Shown here: one piece after another, positions 43,853 to 54,293 of the stretch
Layout: the number at the start of each line of letters is the position of its first letter
Numbering within the stretch: position 1 is the stretch's first letter
Made by a program: the position numbers and the translations under genes
Assembly: GCA_964457785.1 (NCBI GenBank)
Contig: CAYWEX010000002.1
Coordinates: forward strand, 15,691-79,690
Length of the DNA: 64,000 nt
Direction: 5' to 3'
Source of the DNA: Candidatus Woesearchaeota archaeon
GTDB lineage: Archaea > Nanobdellota > Nanobdellia > SCGC-AAA011-G17 > JACPIM01
The notes under the pieces: generated by a model
The model's input: only the letters and a program-made list of their open reading frames with translations
The model's database searches: none
What the model was told of the DNA's origin: nothing

Positions 43853-44923
43853 TTATTTTTGATTAGCTAAAATTTGTTGATTTATTTCTTTACATATTAA
43901 ATCAGCTGCTTTTACACAAGTTCCTATTTTGCCTGAAAATATGGAAAATTCGTTATTTGAAATTCTTCTAACAATTGTAGGCCTTGCATCATCATGCTCG
44001 TGACCTGGAAGAACTGTTCTAAATGTATACATAGAACCAATATGAACTGCTTTTTCTATATTTACAAAGTATTCTTTAGCTGAATCTATGAATTTTGAAA
44101 AGTTTGTTATTTCTGGGTTTTTTACAATTCCTTTATTTAACAGATTTCTGAATTTATCTGGTATATGAGGAAATTTACCTGTATTAACATGATGAATAGC
44201 ATGAACAACATTACCCATCACGTGAAATTCTGAATCTCCTAAAGGATCTATACACATAAATGGGCCATCTAATATTACAATGCTTTTATTTTTGTATTCT
44301 TCGGGCAATTTCAATACAAGCTTTTCACATAATTCAAACTGATAATCTTTTTGAAAATGCTCTCTATCTTGAAATGGGTGGTTATTGTTTGCATAAAGGG
44401 CATAAATTAAGTAATTATAATCTTTAGAAAATCCCTTATTCCATTCTTTAAAAATTACATTTACTTTATTTTCATTTAATTTATTCCAGCATAATTTACG
44501 CAGTTTGTTGGCATCAAATAAATATTCTTTTGGCTTAATTGACAATGAAATAGATTCTTTTTTTACTAAATTTGTATAAGCTTCTTTGTGTTCAAGATTT
44601 AAATCTCTGCAAAATTTTAAAAAATCAAGATGATTTACTTTTGATTCTCTTTTTGAAATACAATAGTAATTATCAGTTTCAACCAAGCAATCTTTATATT
44701 CTTGAGCAAAACTTTCAAATTGCTCTTTACAATCCAGAGCAGTTTCCTTGCTTCTGGGATAATGATAACCGCGATGAAGCCTATATTGATTTATTCCAGA
44801 GGCTGCCTGAAGAATGTCTTTTTCTTTTTCATATAAATCTACTTGGTGGCCGAGATTTGCCAGTTTCCAGGCTGATGTGACTCCAAATATTCCACCACCA
44901 ACAATCCCAATCTTTAATGCCAT
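43853..44923 (-). CDS. FAD-dependent oxidoreductase
   Basis: IGIVGGGIFGVTSAWKLANLGHQVDLYEK dinucleotide-binding fingerprint. Confidence 0.7.
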   Translation of the reverse strand: MALKIGIVGGGIFGVTSAWKLANLGHQVDLYEKEKDILQAASGINQYRLHRGYHYPRSKETALDCKEQFESFAQEYKDCLVETDNYYCISKRESKVNHLDFLKFCRDLNLEHKEAYTNLVKKESISLSIKPKEYLFDANKLRKLCWNKLNENKVNVIFKEWNKGFSKDYNYLIYALYANNNHPFQDREHFQKDYQFELCEKLVLKLPEEYKNKSIVILDGPFMCIDPLGDSEFHVMGNVVHAIHHVNTGKFPHIPDKFRNLLNKGIVKNPEITNFSKFIDSAKEYFVNIEKAVHIGSMYTFRTVLPGHEHDDARPTIVRRISNNEFSIFSGKIGTCVKAADLICKEINQQILANQK

Positions 44924-44924
44924 G

Positions 44925-46073
44925 TTATTTTTTTGCTAGCTGTTCTTTATATAAATTTAAAGTTTTTTCTGCTATTAAATCCCAATCATAGTTTTTAGCT
45001 TTTTCTATGTTGTTTTTAGAAATTTCTTTTGCTAGTTTTTTATTTTCCAATAGAAACAAAATTTTCTCTTTTAATTTTGCTATGTCCCCATATTTTACAA
45101 AAAATCCATTTTCTGGATCAGATATTTCAAAAGGAATACCGTTTACAGGAGACGCAACTATTGGAAGACCAGATGCCAAGGCCTCAATTAAAGTCAGTGG
45201 CAATCCCTCGCGATAGCTAGGCATTACATAAACTTCAGAAGACTGGTACATTTGGACGATTTTTTCTTTTTCTCTTATTGGACCTAAAATAATTATATTT
45301 TTTTCATCTTTGCTTAATTCTTTTACTTTATTTAGCATGCCTTCATCAGGACCGACTATTAAGAATTTAACATCTTTTCTTTCTTTTAGAATTTCTTTTG
45401 CAGCCAAGACAAATTTATCAGGGCCTTTTGTTGGATTTAGTCTGCCAAAGAACAAGACTATTGGATCATTAATTTTTAATTCTTTTTTAAAGTCATTATT
45501 TTTTATTTTCTGGAAAAATATCTTGTCAACGCCATTTGGTATTGTTATTATTTTATTTTTATTTCCTCCATATTTTTCTATAAATGGAATTTCCCATGGA
45601 GTAATTGCAATTATTTTATCTGAGAGTTTAAAACTTATTCTATTTATTGTTTTATATGAAAAATTAACCAGAATTCTTCCTGCCAGGGATCTAAAACCTT
45701 CTGTCCAAGGACAATGAGTTGTATGAATTAATGGTGTGCTTTTTAGTTTAGCAATTATAGATCCAAAAAAAGTATGTGCATGGCCAGAAACATGAGTATG
45801 AATAATGTCAAATTTGTATCTTGATAAAGTCCATAATACTGAAGGAAAAATAGAGGCAAAATTTGCTATTTTTAAAATATGAAAATGCCTATGAACTTTA
45901 ACTCCATTAATTATTTCTTCTTTTAGTTTTATCCTATTTTTTTTATCCCAATCTGATGTAAAAACATGAACTTCGTGGCCCTGCTTTACATATCTTTCTG
46001 CCAATTCCTTTACAACCTGTTCGACACCGCCAATTGTTGGATAATAGAAGGCTGTTACATAAGCAATTTTCAT
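44925..46073 (-). CDS. GT4-family glycosyltransferase
   Basis: MKIAYVTAFYYPTIGGVEQVV... and C-terminal EGLPLTLIEALASGLPIV. Confidence 0.85.
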   Translation of the reverse strand: MKIAYVTAFYYPTIGGVEQVVKELAERYVKQGHEVHVFTSDWDKKNRIKLKEEIINGVKVHRHFHILKIANFASIFPSVLWTLSRYKFDIIHTHVSGHAHTFFGSIIAKLKSTPLIHTTHCPWTEGFRSLAGRILVNFSYKTINRISFKLSDKIIAITPWEIPFIEKYGGNKNKIITIPNGVDKIFFQKIKNNDFKKELKINDPIVLFFGRLNPTKGPDKFVLAAKEILKERKDVKFLIVGPDEGMLNKVKELSKDEKNIIILGPIREKEKIVQMYQSSEVYVMPSYREGLPLTLIEALASGLPIVASPVNGIPFEISDPENGFFVKYGDIAKLKEKILFLLENKKLAKEISKNNIEKAKNYDWDLIAEKTLNLYKEQLAKK

Positions 46074-46157
46074 AAGAGATCCCCCAATTTGAGTATTTCC
46101 TTAAATTTTAAAAACCTTCCCAAAGGCTTAAAAATTAAATATATATAGGTTTTGATC

Positions 46158-47252
46158 ATGAAAATCTTATACTCTAACAGGACTTTGTATCCTTATGAGG
46201 GAGGAGCTGATATATCTGCTTCTATTCTATTAGAACATTTGTCTAAAAATCATGATGTTAGTGCTGTATATATTGGCAAGGAATTAGAAAATTCAAAGAT
46301 AAAATGCTATCCACAAAACCTAAAAAAGAAAAGAGGAATATGGATTAATTTATATTTTCTAAATAAAAAGTGGTTTAATATATTAAGTGCAATTGTGAAA
46401 AAAGAGAAACCTGATTTGATTATTGCCCAGGATTATTTAATTCCCGCAACTATAAAAGTTGCCAAAAAATTTGGAATAAAAACAATTTCATTTTTGAGAA
46501 GTTATGTGCATATAAGCATTGATGGTTTTATGACTTATTTGCCTGAAGACAAAAAACCTGGAAAAACTTCTGATTTTATCCACAAAATACAGTATCCATT
46601 TTATTCTAGAGTTGTAAAAGATTTTGAATGGGCTCTTAAGAATACTAACTTAATTATTTGCAACAGCCATTATCTGAGCAGAGTTACTAATGATTATTAT
46701 AAAGTTAAATCTGAAGTTTTAAGACCATTTGTTCCTGTTGAAAAATATAAAGTTGAAAACAAAGGAGAATATATTACTTATATTAATCCAGATATTCACA
46801 AAGGGGTTAAAATTTTTGAACAACTTGCTGAAAAGATGCCAGACAAAAAATTCCTGGTCGCTGGAAAAGAAGGATACAAGCTAAACAAACCAAATGTTGA
46901 AGTAATTGGCTGGATTAAAGACATGAAGGAGGTTTATGCAAAAACAAGATTACTGGTTGTTCCTTCTATATGGCCTGATACTTGCCCAAGAGTCTGCATA
47001 GAAGTTATGCAATCTGGAATTCCCTTTATAGTAAGTGACAGGGGAGGTTTAACAGAGGAAGCTGAGGACTGCGGAATTGTTGTTAAAAATATTTTCAATA
47101 CGAATGAATGGATAAATGCAATCAACAAATTTGATGACAAGAAATTTTATAATGAAATGTCAAAAAATGCCATAAAGAAATCTTCTGAATTTGAGTCAAA
47201 AGGACAGCTTAAAAAGTTTGACTTATTACTGCAAGATTTATTTAAATTATAA
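46158..47252 (+). CDS. GT4-family glycosyltransferase
   Basis: C-terminal PSIWPDTCPRVCIEVMQSGIPFIVSDRGGL (E(x7)E-like region). ATG at 46158 preferred over the TTG at 46152. Confidence 0.75.
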   Translation: MKILYSNRTLYPYEGGADISASILLEHLSKNHDVSAVYIGKELENSKIKCYPQNLKKKRGIWINLYFLNKKWFNILSAIVKKEKPDLIIAQDYLIPATIKVAKKFGIKTISFLRSYVHISIDGFMTYLPEDKKPGKTSDFIHKIQYPFYSRVVKDFEWALKNTNLIICNSHYLSRVTNDYYKVKSEVLRPFVPVEKYKVENKGEYITYINPDIHKGVKIFEQLAEKMPDKKFLVAGKEGYKLNKPNVEVIGWIKDMKEVYAKTRLLVVPSIWPDTCPRVCIEVMQSGIPFIVSDRGGLTEEAEDCGIVVKNIFNTNEWINAINKFDDKKFYNEMSKNAIKKSSEFESKGQLKKFDLLLQDLFKL

Positions 47253-48752
47253 TCTTTTCATTGCTTTATTTTTAATATCTTTAATTAATTCAAAGTCTTC
47301 ATTGTCAAAAATCTTTAGAAGATAAACTAAAACTGAATAAATTACAAGTATGATTATTATGAAAAAAAACAAATTAAATAAAGGCGAAAATTTAATCTGC
47401 ATTTTTATTAGAGAAGTTAAAATCAAAGTTAAACCCAGAACTAGCAAAATTCTTGAGTAATTAAACATAAATGGGTGCAGTCTGCTGTAATGGTAAGAAA
47501 TTGACATCATTAAAACAGCACCAATAAAAAAAGATATTGAAGTTGCTATACCAGCTCCAACAATTCCATATTTTGGAATTAAAAAATAATTTAAAACAAC
47601 ATTTGACAAGGCAAAAGTCGCTATTATGCAAAATATTGTTTTTGTTCGTTTTAATACTGACAATATGTTCATGCTTATGTCGCTTAAGGAGAAAAGCAAA
47701 TACCCTATGCTTAAAATTGTCAATGGTAAGGCTGCCTTAACATATTCTTTTCCAAACAAGGCAGAAATAATGTCTTCTGACAGCAAGGATATTATTATGA
47801 AAATTGGTATGTTCATTAACAAGGAGTATTTGGATATTTTTTTGTAAATTTCTTTTATTTCAGTTAAATTATTTTTTCCATACAATTCGCTTATTATTGG
47901 AAAGAACAAGTACATAATTCCATAAATAGGGACAATTATAAGATTAGAAGTTGGCAAAGCAACATTATAGATACCAACGTCAGAAGTGGTTTTAAAATAA
48001 CCTATCATCAACAAATCTGTCCAGGCTATAATAAACCACATAAAATTTTTCAGCATTAATGGCAAAGAATAATTTAAAAGTTCTTTTTTATTTCCTTGTT
48101 CTTGAATTTCTTTTGAAAAAATATTGAATATTTTTTTGTTAAATGTTATAAAAACCAGGAAAAACATAATAATAGCTGCCAATGATAAACCAATTAGAGC
48201 GCCTGTTAATTTAAATCCAAGAGCTATCAATATTAAAGTTAATACAAGTCTTAAAGATTTTTCCAATAATTCCTTAAAAATAACTTCGTATTCTGGTTTT
48301 TGAAAGGCTCTAAACGACACTAAGAAAATATTTGACAATGCTCCAAACGGCAATATTATAGCCATAAAAAAAAGAACTTTTACCAACTCGTATTCATCAA
48401 ATATATTTGAAATAAAATCTGAAAAAACAATAAGAAGGACTGCAAAAAACAAACTAGAATTTAATACTGTTTTTAATGCTGTCAAAATTGTGCCCTTTAA
48501 AAGAGCTTGTTCATTTTTCCCCCTATAAAAAGAAACAAACCTGATTACTCCCTCATCCAGGCCTAATAATGAAAAGGCTATAAAGAAAGATATTATTGCA
48601 ATACCAAGACTTAACAAACCATATTCATAAGAACCCAGTTTAACAGCAACCAAAATAACAAAAAGATAGGAAAAAAGTTTTCCGAAAATCATTGAAAATA
48701 GAACGAGAAAAGCTCCTTTCATGATTTTTTCTATATATTGGAAAGAATTCAT
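47247..48752 (-). CDS. wzx: Wzx-like MOP-superfamily oligosaccharide flippase
   Basis: ~14 TM polysaccharide-biosynthesis-protein architecture in glycan-cluster context. Confidence 0.75.
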   Translation of the reverse strand: MNSFQYIEKIMKGAFLVLFSMIFGKLFSYLFVILVAVKLGSYEYGLLSLGIAIISFFIAFSLLGLDEGVIRFVSFYRGKNEQALLKGTILTALKTVLNSSLFFAVLLIVFSDFISNIFDEYELVKVLFFMAIILPFGALSNIFLVSFRAFQKPEYEVIFKELLEKSLRLVLTLILIALGFKLTGALIGLSLAAIIMFFLVFITFNKKIFNIFSKEIQEQGNKKELLNYSLPLMLKNFMWFIIAWTDLLMIGYFKTTSDVGIYNVALPTSNLIIVPIYGIMYLFFPIISELYGKNNLTEIKEIYKKISKYSLLMNIPIFIIISLLSEDIISALFGKEYVKAALPLTILSIGYLLFSLSDISMNILSVLKRTKTIFCIIATFALSNVVLNYFLIPKYGIVGAGIATSISFFIGAVLMMSISYHYSRLHPFMFNYSRILLVLGLTLILTSLIKMQIKFSPLFNLFFFIIIILVIYSVLVYLLKIFDNEDFELIKDIKNKAMKRL

Positions 48753-48805
48753 CTTTTTTAAAAAGAAGTGTTAAATTTAAAAACCTTTCAGTATGGCTTT
48801 CTGGG

Positions 48806-50680
48806 ATGTGCGGAATAGCTGGATTTAATTTTGAGGACAAAGAGCTAATCAGGAAGATGTGCGATAGCATGGAATACAGAGGGCCTGATGATTCTGGCTA
48901 TTACACAGACAAGAATGTTTCTTTAGGAAACAGAAGACTAAGCATTATTGATTTAAGCACAGGCAAGCAACCAATTCATAATCAGGATAAAACAATATGG
49001 GTTGTTTTTAATGGTGAGATCTATAATTTTATGGATATTAAGGATGAATTAGAAAAAAGAGGGCATAATTTTTATACAAATACAGATACTGAAGTTATTG
49101 TTCATGCATATCAAGAATATAAAGAGGATTGCGTCAAACTATTCAGGGGGATGTTTGCTTTTTGTCTTTATGATATTAATGAAAAGAAATTATTTCTAGC
49201 AAGGGACAGGACAGGAAAAAAACCTCTTTATTATAAGGATGATGCTGAGAGATTTTTATTTGCTTCTGAATTAAAGGCTTTATTATGCGATGAAGAACTG
49301 AAAAAAGAAATTAACCCTGAAGCTGTACATCATTATCTTACTTTTGGCTATGTTCCTACGCCATTAACAATTTTAAAAGGAATAAAAAAACTAGAACCAG
49401 GCCATTATTTAGTTTTAAAAAACAAAGAGATAACTATAGAAAAATACTGGGATTTAAATTTTAATGAGCTTAAAAGCAGCGAGGGATATTTTGCAAACAG
49501 AGTTTATGAAATTTTGAAAGACAGTGTAAAATTAAGATTAATCAGTGATGTTCCTTTGGGTGCATTATTATCTGGTGGCATAGATTCAAGCATAATTGTT
49601 GGATTAATGAGCAAATTAACTGACAATGTAAAGACGTTTTCTATTGGTTTTAGTGAAAAAGATTTTGATGAATTAAAATATGCAAAAATTCTAAGTGAAA
49701 AATTTAATACAGATCATAAGGAATTTAATGTAAATGTCAATTTAGTAAAAGATCTTCCATTAATTGCAAAGCAATTAGATGAACCATTTGTCGACCCCTC
49801 CGCCTTGTCAACTTATTATTTATGCAATTTAGCTAGAAAACATGTAAAGGTTGTTTTAAGCGGTGACGGGGGAGATGAAATTTTTGCAGGCTATACAAGA
49901 TATAATTCTGCCTGGGAACAGGACAAGATTGTGAAATTTTACAAAGTAATGCCTTCTTTTTTAAGAGCAGGATTCAGCAAAGCTTCCGGCTTATTGTATG
50001 ACAAAACTGAAAATAATTTTTTCAGGAAATTCAAAAAAATCAATGACTTAAGCAACCTAAATAAAGAGGAGAGATGGATGAGCAAGTTAAATTTATTTAA
50101 TGAAGAGGAAAAAAAAGAACTATATAATGAAGCACCCAATGTTCCAAATTCTTTTACTGTTTTGAAATATCATTTTACAAAATGCAATTCAAATTTTTTA
50201 AACAAGCAATTATATGCTGATGTGAAAACTTTCCTATTAGATGACGGTCTTGCCAAGGTTGACAGGATGAGCATGATTAATTCTCTTGAAGTCAGGTGCC
50301 CTTTTTTGGATACTTATGTTATTGACATGGCTTCCAATATTCCCTCTTATCTTAAAATAAAAAACAATGAAAATAAATACATCTTGAAAAAGGCTTTTTC
50401 AGATTTACTTCCCAAAGAAATTTTAGAGAGGAAAAAACAAGGTTTTGATGTTCCAATCAAGCATTGGATAAAGAACGAATTAAAAGACCTAATCAATACA
50501 GATTTAATTAATGATATTAAACAGAGAGGAAATTTCAAAATTAGTTATATAAAGAAAATAATTGATGAACATAATTCAGACAGAAGAGATAATTCAAGAA
50601 GAATTTGGAGCTTGTTAATGCTTGAATTATGGAACAAGATTTATATTGACAATATTGATGTTAAGAAAATCAAATTATAA
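48806..50680 (+). CDS. asnB: Asparagine synthase (glutamine-hydrolysing) family amidotransferase
   Basis: MCGIAGF Ntn nucleophile and SGGIDSS PP-loop. Confidence 0.9.
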   Translation: MCGIAGFNFEDKELIRKMCDSMEYRGPDDSGYYTDKNVSLGNRRLSIIDLSTGKQPIHNQDKTIWVVFNGEIYNFMDIKDELEKRGHNFYTNTDTEVIVHAYQEYKEDCVKLFRGMFAFCLYDINEKKLFLARDRTGKKPLYYKDDAERFLFASELKALLCDEELKKEINPEAVHHYLTFGYVPTPLTILKGIKKLEPGHYLVLKNKEITIEKYWDLNFNELKSSEGYFANRVYEILKDSVKLRLISDVPLGALLSGGIDSSIIVGLMSKLTDNVKTFSIGFSEKDFDELKYAKILSEKFNTDHKEFNVNVNLVKDLPLIAKQLDEPFVDPSALSTYYLCNLARKHVKVVLSGDGGDEIFAGYTRYNSAWEQDKIVKFYKVMPSFLRAGFSKASGLLYDKTENNFFRKFKKINDLSNLNKEERWMSKLNLFNEEEKKELYNEAPNVPNSFTVLKYHFTKCNSNFLNKQLYADVKTFLLDDGLAKVDRMSMINSLEVRCPFLDTYVIDMASNIPSYLKIKNNENKYILKKAFSDLLPKEILERKKQGFDVPIKHWIKNELKDLINTDLINDIKQRGNFKISYIKKIIDEHNSDRRDNSRRIWSLLMLELWNKIYIDNIDVKKIKL

Positions 50681-50682
50681 TT

Positions 50683-51063
50683 TTATTTTAGAGACTCGTA
50701 TAAACTATCCATGATAACCATCAATGCTTTTGGACTTACTGGTTTTCTTATGAAATAATCTATTTCCAAACCTTTCCATTCTTCTATTCCATTTGCTGCG
50801 CCAGAAGTAGCTACTACTCTTACTTTACTAATTTCCTTTGCTCGCGAAACTATTCTTGGGCCATATGGAATATTAGCACAATAAGTATCTGAAACAATAA
50901 TATCAAATTTCTTTTGAGAAACTAATTCAAGGCCTTCTTCTTCTGATGCTGCCCAATCTGGGTTAAATCCACTTCTTCTTAAAACTGCTGATAAAAAATC
51001 AGCTACCAGGTATTCATCTTCTATTATTAAAACTCCTAAATCTTTCTTTTCTTTCTTTTCCAT
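50683..51063 (-). CDS. Stand-alone response-regulator receiver (CheY-like) domain
   Basis: LIIEDE acidic pocket, IIVSD phospho-acceptor, ATSG and IRKP Lys positions. Confidence 0.75.
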   Translation of the reverse strand: MEKKEKKDLGVLIIEDEYLVADFLSAVLRRSGFNPDWAASEEEGLELVSQKKFDIIVSDTYCANIPYGPRIVSRAKEISKVRVVATSGAANGIEEWKGLEIDYFIRKPVSPKALMVIMDSLYESLK

Positions 51064-51153
51064 TTTGTTATTACTTCTAAATAGTATATATAAAGTTTTC
51101 GGTTTAGGGAATAGATTTATTAATTTATTTTAAAGTTTCCTGCTCGAAAGAAC

Positions 51154-52314
51154 ATGAAAGAAATAAGTTTTTTTGGAACATTACCTCCTTTAAAGCAGAA
51201 TGTTTATTATTGTGTACCTTTTTTAAAAGCATTAGTAAAAAAAACAGATGTTCATTTTATTTCTATAAAAAAATTATATCCTGAATTTTTATATCCTGGA
51301 GGAAAGCTGGAAGACAATACTTTTGAATTTAATGAAAAAGAATATAAGAATTTGGATGTAAAAAGGATACCGACATATGCCAATCCATTAAGCTGGATTT
51401 ATACTGGATTAAAAGTTAGAAACAAAATTTTTCATATACAGTGGTGGGGAAGCTTACCATTATTTCCAATGTTTTTTACAATAGCTTTTATAACTAAAAT
51501 CAGGGGCATTAAGAATATTATAACTGTACATAATATACAGAGTCATGAAAAAGGCGGGTTTTTATACAGATTTTTAAATAATTTGCTGTACAATGTATCA
51601 GAACATTTTATTGTTCATTCTTTAGACAATAAAAAGGTCTTTTGTGAAGTTTTCAAGATAAAAGAAGAAGATGTTAGTGTAATTCCAATGGGCATTCATG
51701 ACAGCTATATACAAAGAAAAATAAGCAAGGAAGAAGCAAGAAAAGAACTTGGATTTACAAAAGATGATTTTATTATTTTTAATTTTGGAAGCATTAGAGA
51801 ATATAAGGGAGTTGATGTATTAATCAAGGCTTTTGCAATTGCATCAAAAGAAAACAAAAATGCAAAATTGGTTATAGCTGGAAAACCTTGGATTGATTTT
51901 AAAGAGTATGAAAAATTAATTTTAGATTTAAACGTAAAAGACAAAGTACATTTATTTTTAGATTATGTTCCAATGAATAAAGTAGAAAGTTTTTATGCTG
52001 CTTGTGATTTATTTGTATTACCATATAAATTTTTTGATGCCCAAAGCGGACCTGGAAATATTGCCTTGGCATTTAACAAGCCAATTATTGTAACTAATGT
52101 CGGGGGTTTGCCTGATTTAGTAAAAGACAAGGAAGCTGTTGTTGAAAAAGATAATTTTAATGAAATGGGGAAGATTATTTTAAAAGTTTCCAATGACAAG
52201 AATCTGCTTAAAAAATTAGAAGAAGATTCCAAAGAATTATCAGAATATTTTTCCTGGGATTCTATTGCTGATGAAACAATTGAACTGTATAAAAAACTCT
52301 CAAGTGTTAATTAA
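51154..52314 (+). CDS. GT4-family glycosyltransferase
   Basis: FGSIREYKGVDVLIKAF...LPYKFFDAQSGPGNIALAFNKPIIVT. Confidence 0.8.
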   Translation: MKEISFFGTLPPLKQNVYYCVPFLKALVKKTDVHFISIKKLYPEFLYPGGKLEDNTFEFNEKEYKNLDVKRIPTYANPLSWIYTGLKVRNKIFHIQWWGSLPLFPMFFTIAFITKIRGIKNIITVHNIQSHEKGGFLYRFLNNLLYNVSEHFIVHSLDNKKVFCEVFKIKEEDVSVIPMGIHDSYIQRKISKEEARKELGFTKDDFIIFNFGSIREYKGVDVLIKAFAIASKENKNAKLVIAGKPWIDFKEYEKLILDLNVKDKVHLFLDYVPMNKVESFYAACDLFVLPYKFFDAQSGPGNIALAFNKPIIVTNVGGLPDLVKDKEAVVEKDNFNEMGKIILKVSNDKNLLKKLEEDSKELSEYFSWDSIADETIELYKKLSSVN

Positions 52315-53455
52315 CAATCATATTTTTTATAACTTTTAATGCTGTTCTTACATTTAAAGGAATATTTACATATGATACTCCAGCCAATGGACAGTGACAT
52401 TTTTTATTAAATATATATTGTCTTACATCCTTTGCCTGATCAGAGTAATATAGTTTCTTGAAATCATAATTAAAATCTCTTACATTTCCCATTGGTTTGT
52501 TATAAGCTAAAGTTGCACAAGACCACAACTGACCACGAGCACTTAAATGAACACTACCAGAACCTGCATAACATTGTATTACCTGCCTTTGTTCTTTGAT
52601 TATTTTAATTGCAAGATCATAATAAGTAAGCCTAAAAGCCTGAATAAATTTTGACAAAAAACTTTTTCCTTTCATATTTCTTTTAACTTCTTCCTTAAAT
52701 GTATTTACAACTTTTTCATATTCTTCTGGAGAAGGAGTCACATCATCTTCAAGATTAAACATTTCTTCCCTTTTTTCTGCAATTTCGTTTATGTATGTGT
52801 CAACATCCTGTTTTTTTGCATAATCTGCTATTTCCTTTATTTTATGCATATTTAATTTTGAAATTACAGTTCCAAGGCCAATATCCAAATTAGAATATTC
52901 TTTTTTTAATTTCTTTAATTTCTCTAATGTTTCCATTAGTTTCACAAAGTTTCCCTTTACGCCTCTTATATAGTCATGATCTTCACCAATACCATCGTAA
53001 GAAGGCTTTATTGTAAAAATAGTTTTGTTGCCGTATTTTTTTATTATTTCCATTATCTCTTTTGTTTTCTTTTCTATTACATCAGGAGATAAAGCGTTTG
53101 TTGGGGTATGAATAACTTTTGGCTTTAAATATTTACAAGCTAATTCAACTATCTTTGGCAAGTCTGTTCTTAAAAATGGCTCACCTCCACTAATATTAAA
53201 ATAAAAAACTGGATCCATTGAACTAAATACTTTCTCTATTTCTTCAATCTTTAAATCGTCCTTAATCATAGAAGGATTTTTTTGAAAGACTAGGCCAATA
53301 TTGCATGATTTACATAAAGACTGACAGGCACTTGTAACTGAATAAACTAAAATTACTGGTTGGGGAGATTTAATTAGACCTAATTTACTTAATCTGTAGC
53401 CAATCATTCTAGGAACTACAAATTTTGCATATTTTAGATTTTGAAGAAGGCCCAT
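52307..53455 (-). CDS. Radical SAM enzyme with a SPASM/twitch-like C-terminus
   Basis: CQSLCKSC (CxxxCxxC) plus C-terminal Cys cluster (CYAGSG...WSC...CHCPLAG). Confidence 0.8.
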   Translation of the reverse strand: MGLLQNLKYAKFVVPRMIGYRLSKLGLIKSPQPVILVYSVTSACQSLCKSCNIGLVFQKNPSMIKDDLKIEEIEKVFSSMDPVFYFNISGGEPFLRTDLPKIVELACKYLKPKVIHTPTNALSPDVIEKKTKEIMEIIKKYGNKTIFTIKPSYDGIGEDHDYIRGVKGNFVKLMETLEKLKKLKKEYSNLDIGLGTVISKLNMHKIKEIADYAKKQDVDTYINEIAEKREEMFNLEDDVTPSPEEYEKVVNTFKEEVKRNMKGKSFLSKFIQAFRLTYYDLAIKIIKEQRQVIQCYAGSGSVHLSARGQLWSCATLAYNKPMGNVRDFNYDFKKLYYSDQAKDVRQYIFNKKCHCPLAGVSYVNIPLNVRTALKVIKNMIVN

Positions 53456-53516
53456 AAAAGCACCTTTTCTAATAAAAGAAGATATATTTATAAATTTTCT
53501 TAAAAAGGTGAATAGA

Positions 53517-54293
53517 ATGGTAGAAGTTGAGGCTTTTGGTGTTGATTATGAAAGATATGCTTTAAATAAATGCATGAAAAGAATTGTAAACAAATTAAAA
53601 ATAAAAACTATTTTAGAAATTCCAGCATCTGGGATGAAGTTGATGCCTGGTTTGTATTCTTTAGGATTTGGTAATGCTGGCTGTGAAGTTACTTTAGTGA
53701 ACTGCCATGAAAAAACAAAAAAAATATGGAAAGAACTGGGATTTAATGCTAATTTTATTGAAATTAAGGATTTAAATAAAACTGAATTTGAAAGTAATTC
53801 TTTTGATTTTGTATGGAACATGGCTACTTTACCATTAAGCACGGATATTAAAAATAATTTTGAAGAAATGTGCAGAGTGTCAAGAAAATATGTAGGTTAT
53901 TTTGGTGTAAATGGTTTGAATGTTGGGTTTCCAGTTCATAATCTAGTTCACAAGATAAACAAAGTTCCATGGACTCATGGAGATAGAAGATGGTTTTTTC
54001 CTTTTTTAGTTAAGAGATATTTTAAAAAAAATAATTTAAAAATTGTAAAAAATAATGTTGTTGACTGCCCGCCATGGCCTGATACTTTAGGGTTTAGAGA
54101 TATGAGGCTACATAGAATGAACTTAAATAATGATGACATAGACTGGTATTCAAATACAATTGATTTTATGATGAAAAGAAAAGAGTATCCAAAATGGATA
54201 AAATATGTTTATGCTTTTGAAAGATTTCCAATGCCATTAGCAATAAAGTATCTTTATTCGCATTTATATTATGTAATTGGAGAAAAGAAATGA
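53517..54293 (+). CDS. Class I SAM-methyltransferase-like protein
   Basis: ILEIPASG / EVTLVNC / FDFVWNMATL beta-strand pattern. ATG at 53517 preferred over the GTG at 53508. Confidence 0.45.
   Translation: MVEVEAFGVDYERYALNKCMKRIVNKLKIKTILEIPASGMKLMPGLYSLGFGNAGCEVTLVNCHEKTKKIWKELGFNANFIEIKDLNKTEFESNSFDFVWNMATLPLSTDIKNNFEEMCRVSRKYVGYFGVNGLNVGFPVHNLVHKINKVPWTHGDRRWFFPFLVKRYFKKNNLKIVKNNVVDCPPWPDTLGFRDMRLHRMNLNNDDIDWYSNTIDFMMKRKEYPKWIKYVYAFERFPMPLAIKYLYSHLYYVIGEKK

Noticed and set aside
46113-46129. Hairpin AACCTT-CCCA-AAGGCTT in the divergent GT4-GT4 intergenic region, superficially like the stem-loop family (CCCA loop, AAGG arm)
   Set aside because: It is a single short (6-bp) copy lacking the UUGG-UGAAGCUU half and the mismatch, and it lies upstream of the likely TATA boxes. 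There is not enough evidence to include it in the family.
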